64,000 bases of DNA from Entomortierella parvispora E1425 (lineage: Eukaryota; Fungi; Mortierellomycota). The notes under the pieces are model-generated. The model saw nothing but the letters and a program-made list of their open reading frames with translations. It was not told the origin of the DNA and did not search any database. Positions 1 through 12,334 of this stretch are shown piece after piece. Every line of letters begins with the position of its first letter. Position 1 is the stretch's first letter. Position numbers and translations under genes: made by a program. Where the stretch lies: positions 1 through 64,000 of the forward strand of contig BQFW01000002.1 in the NCBI GenBank assembly GCA_020891255.1, given 5' to 3'.

Positions 1-155
1 CCTAAAAACCCTAAAAAAAGGCCGCAAAAGGCCACAAAGGCCGCAAAAACCCCTAAAACCCTAAAAAACCCTAAAAAACCCTAAAAAAACCCTAAAAAAC
101 CCTAAAAAAACCCTAAAAAACCCTAAAAACCCTAAAAAACCCTAAAAACCCTAAA
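1..155 (+). repeat. Telomeric repeat array, C-rich strand (CCCTA3-7)n, modal unit CCCTAAAAAA (T6AG3)
   Basis: About 13 CCCTA(n) units at the very start of the sequence; A6 is the most frequent run length; three GGCCRCA(n) variant units lie at 20-49. Confidence 0.9.
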
Positions 156-1440
156 CCTTGATTTTAGGGTTTCTTGGCCCTAAACTCGCGTATTTGTACA
201 GTTTAATGACGTCCTGGAGCGTCTGTGCATTGTTTGCGCCGTTCAGATCGACCGTACGATGCGTTTTTGGTTTTGTCCTAAAAAGGAAATATGTGAAGAA
301 TATGTGGCTTAGACTTTCTGGACTATTAGGTGTTCCTTTTGTTTACTTTTGCTCCCGGGTTCGAATCCGGCTTCGGCCTTGCTTTTCTGAAGATATAAAA
401 ACAAGGTGCTTTTTTTCCTTCGTAGAGACATAAGATATGGTGTATTAGATAGCTCCCCTCACAAGTATTCCACCCGGCCAAAAACATCGTCAATCAATAA
501 TATGGATCTTGAGCAATTGCATTTTTCAATCTCGTTTTTTTTGAAAATCGAACGCTCATTTCTCGATATCTACGTTGACGACCAAGGTGATTTTTATATG
601 GGGAGGTGCCTATTCATCAGAGGTCAATATTCATCAAGAAAAACTGGCGAGTGATAAGGTGGTTGTGGTGTAATTGCTGTTCTTATATTTCGTTTTTTTT
701 TTGAAAAAAAAATTCTCTCTTAAGATGGAGGAGTGAAGTGGTGACAGGAGCCAAGAGCTAGCCACTTACGACAATTCGTAGCTGCATTTCATGAAGTACG
801 AGAAGGAAAAAGAGCCAAGTCTGCAGTGTTTACTCTCCTCATCGTGCATGCAGACCAGAAGATCAGCTCGTGCAGTTGTAAGGTAGCTTTTTTATTAAAG
901 TTGTACAAGCTAGACAAAAGCTGGAACAAGAGGGCAGAGACGAGGGCGCAAAACACACGAGACCGCGGTGACTTTGCCCTGGAACGGACTCATTCCTAGC
1001 TACTGCATGCTCTACCTGAGGGGCTGAGAAATCTGGCAGTTGAGGGTAGAGAGGACTTACCTGAGAAGTGCGCGCCCATGAATTAAGGACTTCATGTTTC
1101 CTGCATGCATCTCGTTTGTCGCATGTCCACTCTGGTTCATGGCTGAGTGGAATGAGCTTTCTCCGTATGATTAGATGTAAAAGAAGATGTGGTTGACGAC
1201 AAAGGGAAGGAATAGCAAGTAACGCGTGAGAAAGGAGGGAGAAAGTGAGAGGAAACACTCAAGCTTGCGAAAACACGAAGAGAAGAGAGCGAAAACAAAG
1301 ACAGGGGCACAAAAGACCCGCTGATGTTTGATGCAAGAGTTGAGTTGGATGTATTGGGTCGGTTGAGACGGCGGCTGCAAAAGGTGAAAGATGTGAGCTC
1401 GATTCATGAGAGGAGAAGGATGCACGAGATGAAATGTAAC

Positions 1441-1734
1441 AGAGAAGAGAGATGCAACAGAGAAGACAGAGAAGAGAGATGCAACAGAGAAGAGAGATGC
1501 AACAGAGAAGACAGAGAAGAGAGATGCAACAGAGAAGACAGAGAAGAGACATGCAACAGAGAAGACAGAGGAGAGACAGGCAACAGAGGCAACAGAGAAG
1601 ACAGAGGAGAGACATGCAACAGAGAAGAGACAGGCCACAGAGAATAGACAGGCAACAGAGAAGACAGAGGAGAGACATGCAACAGAGAAGAGACAGGCAA
1701 CAGAGAAGAGACATGCAACAGAGAAGAGAGATAC
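1441..1734. repeat. Subtelomeric tandem array of 18/27-nt units built from 9-nt modules
   Basis: Units such as AGAGAAGAGAGATGCAAC and AGAGAAGACAGAGAAGAGAGATGCAAC recur, giving low-complexity ORFs in several frames. Confidence 0.9.
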
Positions 1735-2195
1735 AAAAAGGAAAAGGGATGCAGGATGCAGGAGTCGAGGAGAAAGGAAGGATGCAGGAATCGAGACGAG
1801 AGAGACGAGAGGAAAGGGATGCAAAAAACGAGACGAGAGAGAGAGGGATGCAGGAGACAAGAGGGATGCGAGAATTGAATGCATGAGACGAGAAGGTCGA
1901 ACGATGCAAGAGACAACATGAATGCAAGGGACGAGATGGAGGCAAGAGTCGAGAGGAATGCAGGGGACGCAGGGTACGAGAAGGAGAGGACGAGATGAAT
2001 GCAAGGAGGATGGGTTGAGATGGCAAGAGAAGGGAGGGAGACAGAGGGAGAAAAAGACACAAGTTCAGGGACGCTCCATCCAACAAACGACAACAGCCCG
2101 TTTCTCCCTCCCCCTTCGGCCTTTTTTTTTTGGACAAATGGAGGCTGCACTGGCCCCATCCAAAAGAACAATGGTCTTGGGAGGGAAGAGGAAAG

Positions 2196-2400
2196 GAGGA
2201 AAGAGAAGAGGAGGGACAACAGCGAGGAGAAGAGGAGGAACAAGAGGAAAGAGAAGAGGAGGGACAACAGCGAGGAGAAGAGGAGGAACAAGAGGAAAGA
2301 GAAGAGGAGGGACAAGAGGGAGAAGAGGAGGAACAAGAGGAAAGAGAAGAGGAGGGACAAGAGGGAGAAGAGGAGGAGGAACAAGAGGAAGAGAGGGACG
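2196..2400. repeat. Subtelomeric purine-rich tandem array with 45-48-nt units (about 4 copies)
   Basis: GAGGAAAGAGAAGAGGAGGGACAACAGCGAGGAGAAGAGGAGGAACAA at 2196 and 2244; variant copies at 2292 and 2337. Confidence 0.9.
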
Positions 2401-3188
2401 AGAGGGAAAAGAAGAAGAGACGGACAGCGGATCCAACAACAGCTGAGACAAAAGACCCCCATGCGGGTCCCTTTGTGCTTTTTTTTTTGCGCTGTCATCC
2501 CGAGGGAAGGGTGGACGAGCACGAAACTCACGTCGTGCTACCAAAAAGTGCAAGAGTGAAGAAGGAGTCAACAGAGAAGGAAGACATGACATGATCAAGA
2601 GTGACGAACAAGAGAGAAGAGAAGAAAGGAAAGAAGGGAGAGAGAAGAAGAGAGGGACAGTTGAATGCAACAGACGAAAAAGCGATGCAAGAGAGGGGAA
2701 CACCAGACAAGTTCTAGAGTAAAGGAGAAGACATCAGCGAAGGAAAAGAAGAGAAAGAGTGACGAACAAGGAGGAAGAAAATAGAGGAGCAAGAAAGAAG
2801 AGAAGAGAAGAGAGGAGAGGTACAAAGCGGGAGAAGAGACGAGCAAGAGGGAAGAGAGGGAGTTCCGGAAGAGAGACGGACAAGAGGAAAGAGAAAAGAA
2901 GAGAAGAGACGAAAGGAGGAAGAGAAGAGCAAGAGTAGTGCTCCTTCCTACTCGTATCGTCTCCGCACCGAGAGATGAGATGAGACGAGCGAAAAGGAGA
3001 CGACAGCGGCAGGGATGAAGAAAGTTCAGTGTCTATGCGGACAACGAAAAAACATAAACAGTGCAGCAGGGTCCTTCGAATTTTTTTTTTTTTTTTGTTT
3101 GCGCCAGCAACTGCAGAGTGCTTCTCCCAGGTCACTCCTCCGTGCGTCTTTATTATCTTCATCATTTGGTTTCTAGAAAGGTGCTGTA

Positions 3189-4857
3189 TTAACGACCGAC
3201 GTGGTTGAGCTCCCAAGTTCGCAAGGCAAGATAGGAGATCGAGGTCAAGACCAGGGCCATTTCAAAGCCCAGATCACCACCATATGGACCGGTCAGCTTG
3301 CCCACTGGCCCGACGTACCAAGTTTGATTCATTCCGATTACGGCGCCAACAACACCAATAATACCAGCCGTTCCTGCAGCAAGGCCCCAGGGGAGCTTGG
3401 TTCGATCGCCATAGTCATCCACGTTGTAACCAGTTCGGCGACGGAACACAAAGTGCTCCAAGGCCAAAACAACGACAAAGGGCGTTGTCCAGTACGAGAG
3501 AATCGACAAAAAGTTGTTCAGGATATCCGAAAAGTTGCTCTTGCCTGCGACACCAGCGACAGTGTAAACAACGGCCACAAAAATGGTCCAAAGGAAACGG
3601 GGGATTCTTTGGAATGGCTTTCCCAACGTTTGAATGGACAAGGCAGCCGAATAGGTGTTTGGAACGTTGTTGGAAACAACAGACAAAGCCAACAGGAACA
3701 CCAAAAACTTTCCAAAGCCGCCCAACGACGACAATGACGCTCCAAGCACGCTGCCCAGACCTGCTTCAGGATTGTTGTAAATGTCGTTCCATGCGGCGTT
3801 GTTTATCAAAGCCGATCCGTAGAGTGCTCCAAGAGTCTCAACAAAGACAAGAGGGATGAACAGACCGAAAAAGGTCAACCAAAACACTTTCCATGAGCTA
3901 GTGTCCTCGGGAAGCATCACGTTGTAGTCGGCGGCAATGGGGGCCCAACCAATGACAGATCCAAAGACGACGCCACCAAAGCTGAGAACACTACCTGCAA
4001 GCGTAGATCCACTGCTCGTTGAGGGTGTCCAACTGAAGTACTCGTGTCCTGTGCCGTAAAGAACACACATGATGCAGGCGATGAGGATCCATGCATAGCG
4101 TTCCCATTTGTGGACAAGGTCGTAGCCAAAAAAGCAAATCAGCAGCGTCACCACGGACACAATAATGATAGCAACGGTGAGAGGCAACTTTGAACCACAG
4201 ACGTAGACAAGCGTTTGCCCTCCAAGAATGACGGCAATGATGGAGAAACCAATCTATCCGAGCAGTATTTAGAAAGATTGGAGAGTGAGTGGACTCGTTT
4301 GTGCACAGTTTGTCTCTCTTCTCACAGTGTTGTATCATTCCCACATGTTATAAACCGCACGATACACATACCTGGGTGATAATGTTCAGAAAACTCAGCA
4401 CGACAGCGCCCCACCATCCGAATGAGAATCTGGAGATGACCATCTGTCGTAGACCAAGTTTTGGGCCCAGAGTAGCACAGAACGCCGTTGTGAAGCATCC
4501 GAGAATTGTAAACCCAATGATGGACAGAATTGTGTCCCTCAGACCCATTCCAAAGACGGCAGGCCCAAGCGTTCCAATGGGGACAGTGGTGAGAACGCAG
4601 TTGACCGACCACCACATCAGAAGGTTGTTCATGACGCCTTTTGGTTGGCGATCTTCAGGCATGACTCGTTCGATACCACGAAGCTCGACCACCGTAAAGA
4701 TTTTCCGAAGCCATCCTCGGATTCCGGTTTGAGGCTCGACGTCGACCTCAACCATGGCATCAACAGGCACCTTGCCCTCGCCATCGTAGCTGTTGTCAAG
4801 GACTTTACCCTCGAAAGTCTGGTTGGGGTCCGATTTTTCCAGATCGAGAGAGTCCAT
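3189..4857 (-). CDS. NCS1-family purine/cytosine (FCY2/TPN1-like) permease, 2 exons (4857-4372, 4253-3189)
   Basis: Multi-TM protein with motifs ELRGIERV, WWSVN, GPKLGLRQMVISRFSFG, GWAPIAADY and NNVPNTYS; GTATGT...TAG intron joins the two ORFs in frame. Confidence 0.92.
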
Positions 4858-7430
4858 TGTCGAGGAGTTGGGAGTTGAATCCGAAACTGAAAGAGGGAGA
4901 CGAGTTGATCGTGGGAATGGAGTGGAAGAAAAAGAGAAAGAGAAAGAGAGAGAACGAAAAGAAAAAGCGGGGACCTAAAAGCAGACAAAACACACCACTT
5001 GGACGGCCTGGAGGGGCGTTTATCCGCAATATACTTTCTTCGGTGTACCCAAAACTGTCAGGTGGTCGGAACTGAGCAAATCGGTGCTTCTTCATTCGTC
5101 TTCATATGGAGCTTTGTCGTACAAAGCTTTAAAAGCCCCGCATTTTCCGACCTAGCTCGATCATGAAGCAGCTCGATCGCCTATATCTCGGGAACCATCC
5201 TTGGAAACCATCCTTGTCATTAAAATCTTTCTAAGAAAGCCAGCAATTTTGGGGCCTTGGAAGATCGAGCCAGAGAACCACGACCATGCAGTTTGTCGCT
5301 TCCGAAAATAGCCCGCCCGCCCTCTCCTGCTGGTCACAGGGGGGACACCACTCGCGGGAAAACATTTTTTTTTTCTCAGCCCGGTTGGACGGACCAAACA
5401 TAATTGGTCCACGACGGGCAAACACCTGTCGTTGAAAGGAAGCGATTAGTAAACACTTGTCGTTGTGAGGAGCGAGAGAAGCATGCATGGAACGAGCTTC
5501 AGAAGGAAAAGCCGTTGAAATGGTCACGGAACTGCATGCTCAAGGCCAGGCTTAGGTTGATTTGTCACTTTGCTTGAGTCTGAGAGCCACTAGCGCCTAA
5601 ACTTGCAGAGGGACCTTCGAATGGATCCCAATGGCTACCAGGGGATCCAGAATTATCCCAATTAACCGCTGGAGGATCAGCGTAGAAGTGTGGAAAGAAT
5701 GCAAGGACCATCACAACTACTTTTTTTTTCATAACTTCGGCGGGAAAGCAGCCAGATCTGGACCTCTTCTCTTTATTCGTAATAAACTGGACATGAGAAT
5801 TATTATTTTTCAGCAGATGGTTTTGCAAGTCTATGAATGAGCTGGTATTAAAACCAAGCTCACGGTAGCGCACAATATGAATGGCAAATGTGGACAAGGA
5901 GATGAACAGGGGCTCTGTCAGATTTCAAGGAAGAGAGGTCTACTTTGTGCCTGGGTTGGGGCGAGACATGGTTCCTGATGCTCTGGTTGGTACATGATAT
6001 GATTCTTCAGTCGGCGATATCAGGTACATGGAGCTACCGAAGTAAGAGACGAACAGGAGCCAAGAGACGGGGGGGGTGGAGGAGTCAAGAGAGAGGCAAA
6101 AGATGAAAGGAATGCGACGAAAGTGATGCTAGTCAAGAGATGTGCCCGGATGGACCAGAGGTGAGCGGGAACAACAAACGAATGCAAGAGACAACAGACA
6201 TGCAAGAAACAAATGGATTGTAATGACGAGAGGGACAAGAGGCATGTTGCACCTAGACGACAAGACATGTTCGCCTACATCTGAAGTTAGAAGCCAGGGA
6301 AGCAGAGAGAGGGGAATTCTGAGCGATCTTGAGTGAAGATGAGAGTCAAACCGCAGCAGGCTACCCCACAGTCAGCTCGCGAGGAACCTCTCCACAACGG
6401 AACCGACTATGGACAGAACCCCGCCTCATCACGCGAGTCATAAAACTTGACCAGGCTTCGGAAGCAACTGCTGTGTTAATGAACTAAAAACAGATTCGGC
6501 CGTGAAAAGCAGACGATGTTGTGTATTTGTTTCTGGTCTCAAGGCGGTCGAGACTCGACAAAGAATGAGTGTATTGACATCGACAATCTAGATCTTGTTG
6601 GCAAAAAATGATTTGAAGTCGAGACCCAACAGACCAAGAAAAAAAGTTCTCCTCCAGACATTTATTATCAATTCACCCACAGTTGCCGTAAGGGTCCCAT
6701 ATCTTGGGAGCAATTGACCCCACAGTGACTAAGTACGTCTCTATCCATGACGTCCTTCGCCGCATGCTCCCTTCGCTTGACCACCATTGATTTTTTCAAA
6801 AAGAAAAAAAAAAAAAAAAAGGATCGCCATAGATGTCGCTTCAAGGTGTCGCGCAAGGTGAACTGAGACCCATGCCATTGCCCACACACTGATGAGGAGG
6901 ACTGAAAAAAGCAGAGGCATCGTCCCGGCTCATGGCTGCCCTTCCTGCTGTAACAATGACACTGGCGCCAAAGTCTTCTTTAACCTTGCTGATGATAAAT
7001 GCACCCCAACAAGTGAATGACAAGACTGAACTCTCCGTGCCTTGCATCCAGTCAAGGATCGTTTCTCCAGCCAATGCACAGCTTCTGCATTTTCTCCAGG
7101 GATCACAAGGTAGTATCAGCGATACCTGTTCCTCCGCCTTAGCTGCCCTGTCTACTTCAGCTCTATGTCGACAAAAATTCCTCAAACTCCCGAAAAAGGT
7201 CAAGTGAATCCATGACGCGACTGCAGAGAAGCCCTCAGTCCCGATGTAACATGATCGTCCCTTGCCTGCGTTCGAAGACTGGGTGGTGTGGAACGAGACT
7301 ACAGGCAGAGTAGAAGGTTAATCTCTCCATTATATTTCAGAGTATGCGAGTGATCAGACCAACGACTAGGTCCTGCAGTCCAAGAGATCCAGTGAAGTAA
7401 GGATGTCAGTAGAGGTCCTGATTTCTCCCT

Positions 7431-7501
7431 GTTGCATTTGTCCCTGTTGCATTTATCCTTGCTGCATTTGTCCTTGCTGCATTTGTCCTTGTTGCAATGT
7501 C
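7431..7501. repeat. 15-nt tandem repeat (GYTGCATTTGTCCYT, about 4.7 copies) upstream of COP1
   Basis: Read directly from the sequence. Confidence 0.85.
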
Positions 7502-7652
7502 GCAAGAGCCTGGCCATGATTTGCATCGTGGCGCATTCTCGGGCGAGGAACAGCGGTCACTTAAGGGTCCGGCACACCGTGAAAAGGGCATCTCGCGACC
7601 ATCATCATACGGCAATCCTTCTCCCCTCGCCTTCCACGCGAACTTACCAGCC

Positions 7653-10600
7653 ATGCAGATGCTTACAAAGGTACCAACTGTCATCTGCTCCTCGCATCCG
7701 ATTGCGTAGACACCTGTTGAACTGTATCAAGGATGCTATGCAGCCTTGCCCGAGCCTCATCTCAGACTTCTCATTTTAGTTCGAGTCGAAAAGCAACCGA
7801 GTCAAGGGCATCGCGTTCCATCCTAAACGGCCCTGGATTCTTGCCGCACTTCACAATGGCTCGGTACAGCTCTGGGACTACCGCATGGGAACCCTCTTGG
7901 AGCGTTTTGATGAGCACGATGGTAACCTTTTCTTTCATCTCATCCTTCTCATTGCTACCCGGGAGCGAAGGGAAACTAATCTGGTCCATGTCTGGGCAAA
8001 ATAGGTCCCGTTCGAGGAGTCTCCTTCCACCCTTCCCAACCCCTCTTTGTCTCCGCAGGAGACGATTACAAGATCAAAGTCTGGAATTACAAGACTCGCC
8101 GCTGTTTGTTCACGCTGACAGGCCATTTGGACTATGTGCGCACCGTGTACTTCCACCACGAATACCCTTGGATCCTCAGTTGCTCCGACGATCAGACAAT
8201 CCGTATCTGGAACTGGCAATCGCGCAACTGCATCGCCATCCTCACAGGACACAACCACTATGTGTTTTCCGCCCAATTCCATCCAAAGGAGGATCTAATC
8301 GTGTCTGCTTCCTTGGATCAAACTGTTCGTGTTTGGGATTTCTCTGGCAAGTACATTGTGGAACTTAATTCTCGCCCTTTCTCTTTCCAGAGGACTAATT
8401 TATTGCTACATCCTTTACCTTGCACAGGTCTTCGGAAAAAGAACGCCGCCCCGGGTACCGTCTCCTATGACGAAAGTGCGCACCGCGCATCGCAGCAGGC
8501 GGATATTTTTGGCAGCACGGACGCCATTGTGAAGTTCGTGTTGGAGGGCCATGACCGCAGTGTTAACTGGGCGACTTTCCACCCCACGCTTCCCTTGATT
8601 GTGTCTGCTGGTGACGATCGCCAGGTCAAACTTTGGCGCATGAATGGTACCGACTTAAATCGATGCTATTACATTTGAACAGGTCTGAACCAATCCTCTA
8701 ATCCTTCATTGAACCTTTGAATCGTAGAAACCAAGGCATGGGAAGTGGATACATGCCGTGGACACACTAACAATGTATCCAGTGCACTTTTCCATCAGAG
8801 ACAAGAGTTGATTATTTCTGTCGCCGAAGATAAGTGCATCCGTGTCTGGGACATGTCCAAGCGCACGGCTGTCCAGACTTTCCGTCGCGAGCATGATCGT
8901 TTCTGGGCCTTGACAGCCCATCCCGAGTTGAACCTCTTTGCTGCTGGTAGGTCGAGATGAGGGGCTTGGATGGGTTTATTTTCAAAATTGATCTGTATCA
9001 TTGGAAGGTTGCCGGCTGACATTTACCACCCTTTGTGCTCTTTAGGTCATGACAATGGATTGATCGTTTTCAAATTGGAGAGAGAGCGACCTGCGTATGC
9101 TGTCCACCAGTCGAACCTGTTCTATGTCAAGGACAAGTATTTGCGCGTCTACGACTATGCGACTTCTCAGGATACCGCTGTTCTCTCGGTGCGCAGAGCT
9201 GGTTCCCAGTTTGTGCAGCCCAGAGCCCTTTCTTACAACCCTGCGGAGCGCGCGGTCTTGATCACCTCGACTGTCGACGGCGGCACTTACGAGTTGTACA
9301 GTCTCCCCAAAGATTTCAATGGAGGCGAGGCGCGTGAACCATCCCACGAAGGAAAGCGCGGAGTCGGTAACTCGGCCATCTTCATTGCCCGCAACCGATT
9401 CGCTGTCTTGGAGAAGGCCAACCAGACCATCACCATCCGCGACTTGCAGAACAACAGCACAAAGTCGTTCAAGACCCCCAGCATGGTCAACGAGATCTTC
9501 TATGCCGGCACTGGACAGTTATTGCTCAGCACCCCTACCTCGGTCATTCTCTTTGACATTCAGCAGCGCAAGGTCATCTCGGAAGTGACTACACCTCCAG
9601 TGAAGTATGTGGTCTGGTCCGCTGACATGTCGTACATGGCGTTGTTGAGCAAGCACACGATCACCATTGCCAACAAGTCGTTGGAGCAGACCTGTCTTAT
9701 CCACGAGACCATCAGGATCAAGAGCGCCGCCTGGGACGAGAGCGGCATTCTGATCTACTCTACCCTCAACCACATCAAATACGCTCTTCCCCAAGGGTAA
9801 GTTCTATTATGACCACCGACGATCTTTGCTTTTATGAATGTTGAAAATGAAACTAATTTCAACTTCATTTCAATAGTGACAACGGCATCATTCGCACGCT
9901 CGACCAGCCCATCTACCTGACCCGCATCAAAGGAAAGAACGTGTACTGCTTGGATCGCGACGGCAAGACTCGCGCCATTGCCATCGATCCTACAGAGTAT
10001 CGCTTCAAGCAGGCGCTCACCAAGCAAAACTATGATGAAGTTTTGCAGATCATCCGCAACTCCAACTTGGTCGGACAGTCTATCATTGCCTATTTGCAGA
10101 AGAAGGGCTACCCAGAGATCGCTCTTCACTTTGTGCGTGAGGATAAGACCCGTTTCGAATTGGCATTGGAATGCGGCAACCTTGAGGTCGGTTTGGAGAC
10201 TGCCAGGGCCATGGACAAAGAAGAATGCTGGTCCAAGCTCGCACAGGAGGCTCTCCGTCAGGGCAACCATCAGATCGTGGAGATGTGCTACCAACGTATC
10301 AAGAACTTTGACAGGCTTTCGTTCTTGTACTTGGCGACTGGCAACACTGACAAGCTGACCAAGATGCTCAAGATTGCAGAGTTGCGTGGCGATGCTATGT
10401 CTCGTTTCCACAACTCACTTTTCTTGGGCAACGTTGAGGAGCGTGTCCGTCTGCTGCAGGAGGTTGGCCAAGGTAAGGAAATACCTCGTTTGAAGATTTT
10501 TTTTCGTTTTATCACTGCAACATATTCTGACATTGATCTGGACCATGAACGTAGCTCCATTGGCGTATGTCACGGCTAGAACCCACGGCATGCACGAAAT

Positions 10601-12201
10601 TGCGGATGAAATCTTGGCCACTGCAGGACTCACCCCAGAGGATGTTGCTGATCTTCCAACTCAGGGATCTCTCTTGGTTCCCCCCAGACCCATCATGCGT
10701 GTCCATGACTCCAACTGGCCTCAACTTGCCGTTTCTCGCAGCTACTTTGAGGGCGCCTTCACTGGCGACATGGAAGGCGTTGCTGTTCCTGCTCACCCAA
10801 CCGCCGCTGCTGCTGAGCCTGAAGAAGATCAGTGGGGCATGGATGACGAATTCAGTATCCCTGCTTTGGAGCACAAGGGTGCCTCGCTTGCACCTGTGAT
10901 GAGCGATGCTCTGGATATGGACGGCGATGGTGGATGGGACATGGATGCGGACTTGACGGCCGAGTTGCATGCCGCCACTGGAGCTCTTGTTGCCGAGGAC
11001 ACTGGCTTGGTGATTCCAGTTGCAGGACAGAGCGAAGGAGAAATCTGGTGCCAGAACTCCCCCCTCGCTGCTGATCATGTCGCAGCTGGAGCATTCGAGT
11101 CTGCTATGCAGGTGAGTCTGCAGCAACCTTTTCTTGGCATGTGGTCATTCTGAGCAAAACCCGTCTGATCCTTTTTTTTTCCTGCGTCGATAGCTTCTCA
11201 ATCGTCAAGTCGGCGCTATCAACTTTGAGCCTCTCAAAGATCAGTTCCTGTCCATCTTCCAGGCCAGTCGTGCCATTTTGACTGCCAACGAGGGTATGCC
11301 TTCAATTGTTCTGCCTGTGCGACGCAACCCCAGCGAGACAGATCAGAGACGTGCCCTCCCTGTGCTGGCCAAGAGTTTCCAGTCTTTGATTGCCAAGGAG
11401 TTGCAGGAAGGTTACAAGGCCACCACGGCCAACAAATTGACCGAAGCATGCACGCTATTCAGGGGCATCTTGCAGTCGCTGTTGCTCACCATTGTCACCC
11501 AGTCGTCTGAGGCCGAGGAGGTATGTACCCAATATAACATGCACGGTGGTAAACGATTTCGCCTTTAACAACCCCGCGCCACTTTATCAAACCACTAGGT
11601 TCTTCAGCTGGTTGGTGTCTGTCGCGAGTATCTTTTGGGCCTGAGCATCGAGTTGAGTCGCCGTGAGTGCCAGAATGATACATCACCCGAGGGAGTCAAA
11701 CGTATGTTGGATCTTGCCGCCTACTTTACCAGTGCTCAGTTGCAGCCCAAGCACATGATTATCAGCTTGCGGACGGCCATGACCGCCTGCTACAAGCACA
11801 AGAACTTGCTCTCTGCACAGACATTTGCTCGCCGTCTCTTGGAGCTGGCCCCCTCGGGACACCCTGCTGTGACTCTCGCTCGTCAGATCCAGCAGGTTGC
11901 GGAGCGGAGTCCCCGTGATGAAATCCAATTGGATTATGACCAGGTAATTACTACGACCTGTGCTGACGCTACAATCTTCAAGAGGAATGATTCTGATCTT
12001 TCAAATTTATTTGCCATCATGTAGTTCAACTCGTTCGTGGTGTGCGGTATTTCATACACCCCAATTTATAGAGGATCATCAAGCGTACAGTGCCCTTACT
12101 GCAGGGCTCACTTCAAGCCAGAGTTCCAAGGAAACCTCTGCACCATCTGCGACATTGCTCAGATCGGTGGAACTGGTACGGGCATGGTGGTCATGGCTTA
12201 G
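7653..12201 (+). CDS. COP1: Coatomer subunit alpha (alpha-COP), multi-exon
   Basis: Begins MQMLTK|[19 protein letters not shown], followed by WD40 repeats, coatomer WDAD and alpha-solenoid regions, and a C-terminal CPYC...CTIC zinc finger; TAG at 12199-12201. Confidence 0.98.
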
Positions 12202-12235
12202 ATAGAGACTCACAGAAAAAAAAAGATATAGCTGC

Positions 12236-12268
<33 letters not shown>

Positions 12269-12274
12269 CATTAT
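12236..12274. repeat. (ATT)n microsatellite between convergent genes
   Basis: About 12 ATT units. Confidence 0.9.
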
Positions 12275-12334
12275 AAGTGTTGCTGTTGGCGATGGTATTG
12301 TGATTTACACTGTTGTTCTAGAAGGGATGTTCAT

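Noticed and set aside
1-2400. Possible CRISPR-like arrays among the repeats
   Set aside because: Units are contiguous with no unique spacers; eukaryotic context and no cas genes.
1171-2703. Long ORFs on both strands (up to 375 aa; Cys/Leu-, Arg/Glu- and Phe/Leu-rich)
   Set aside because: They are by-products of frame-preserving purine-rich tandem repeats; no domain or splice structure.
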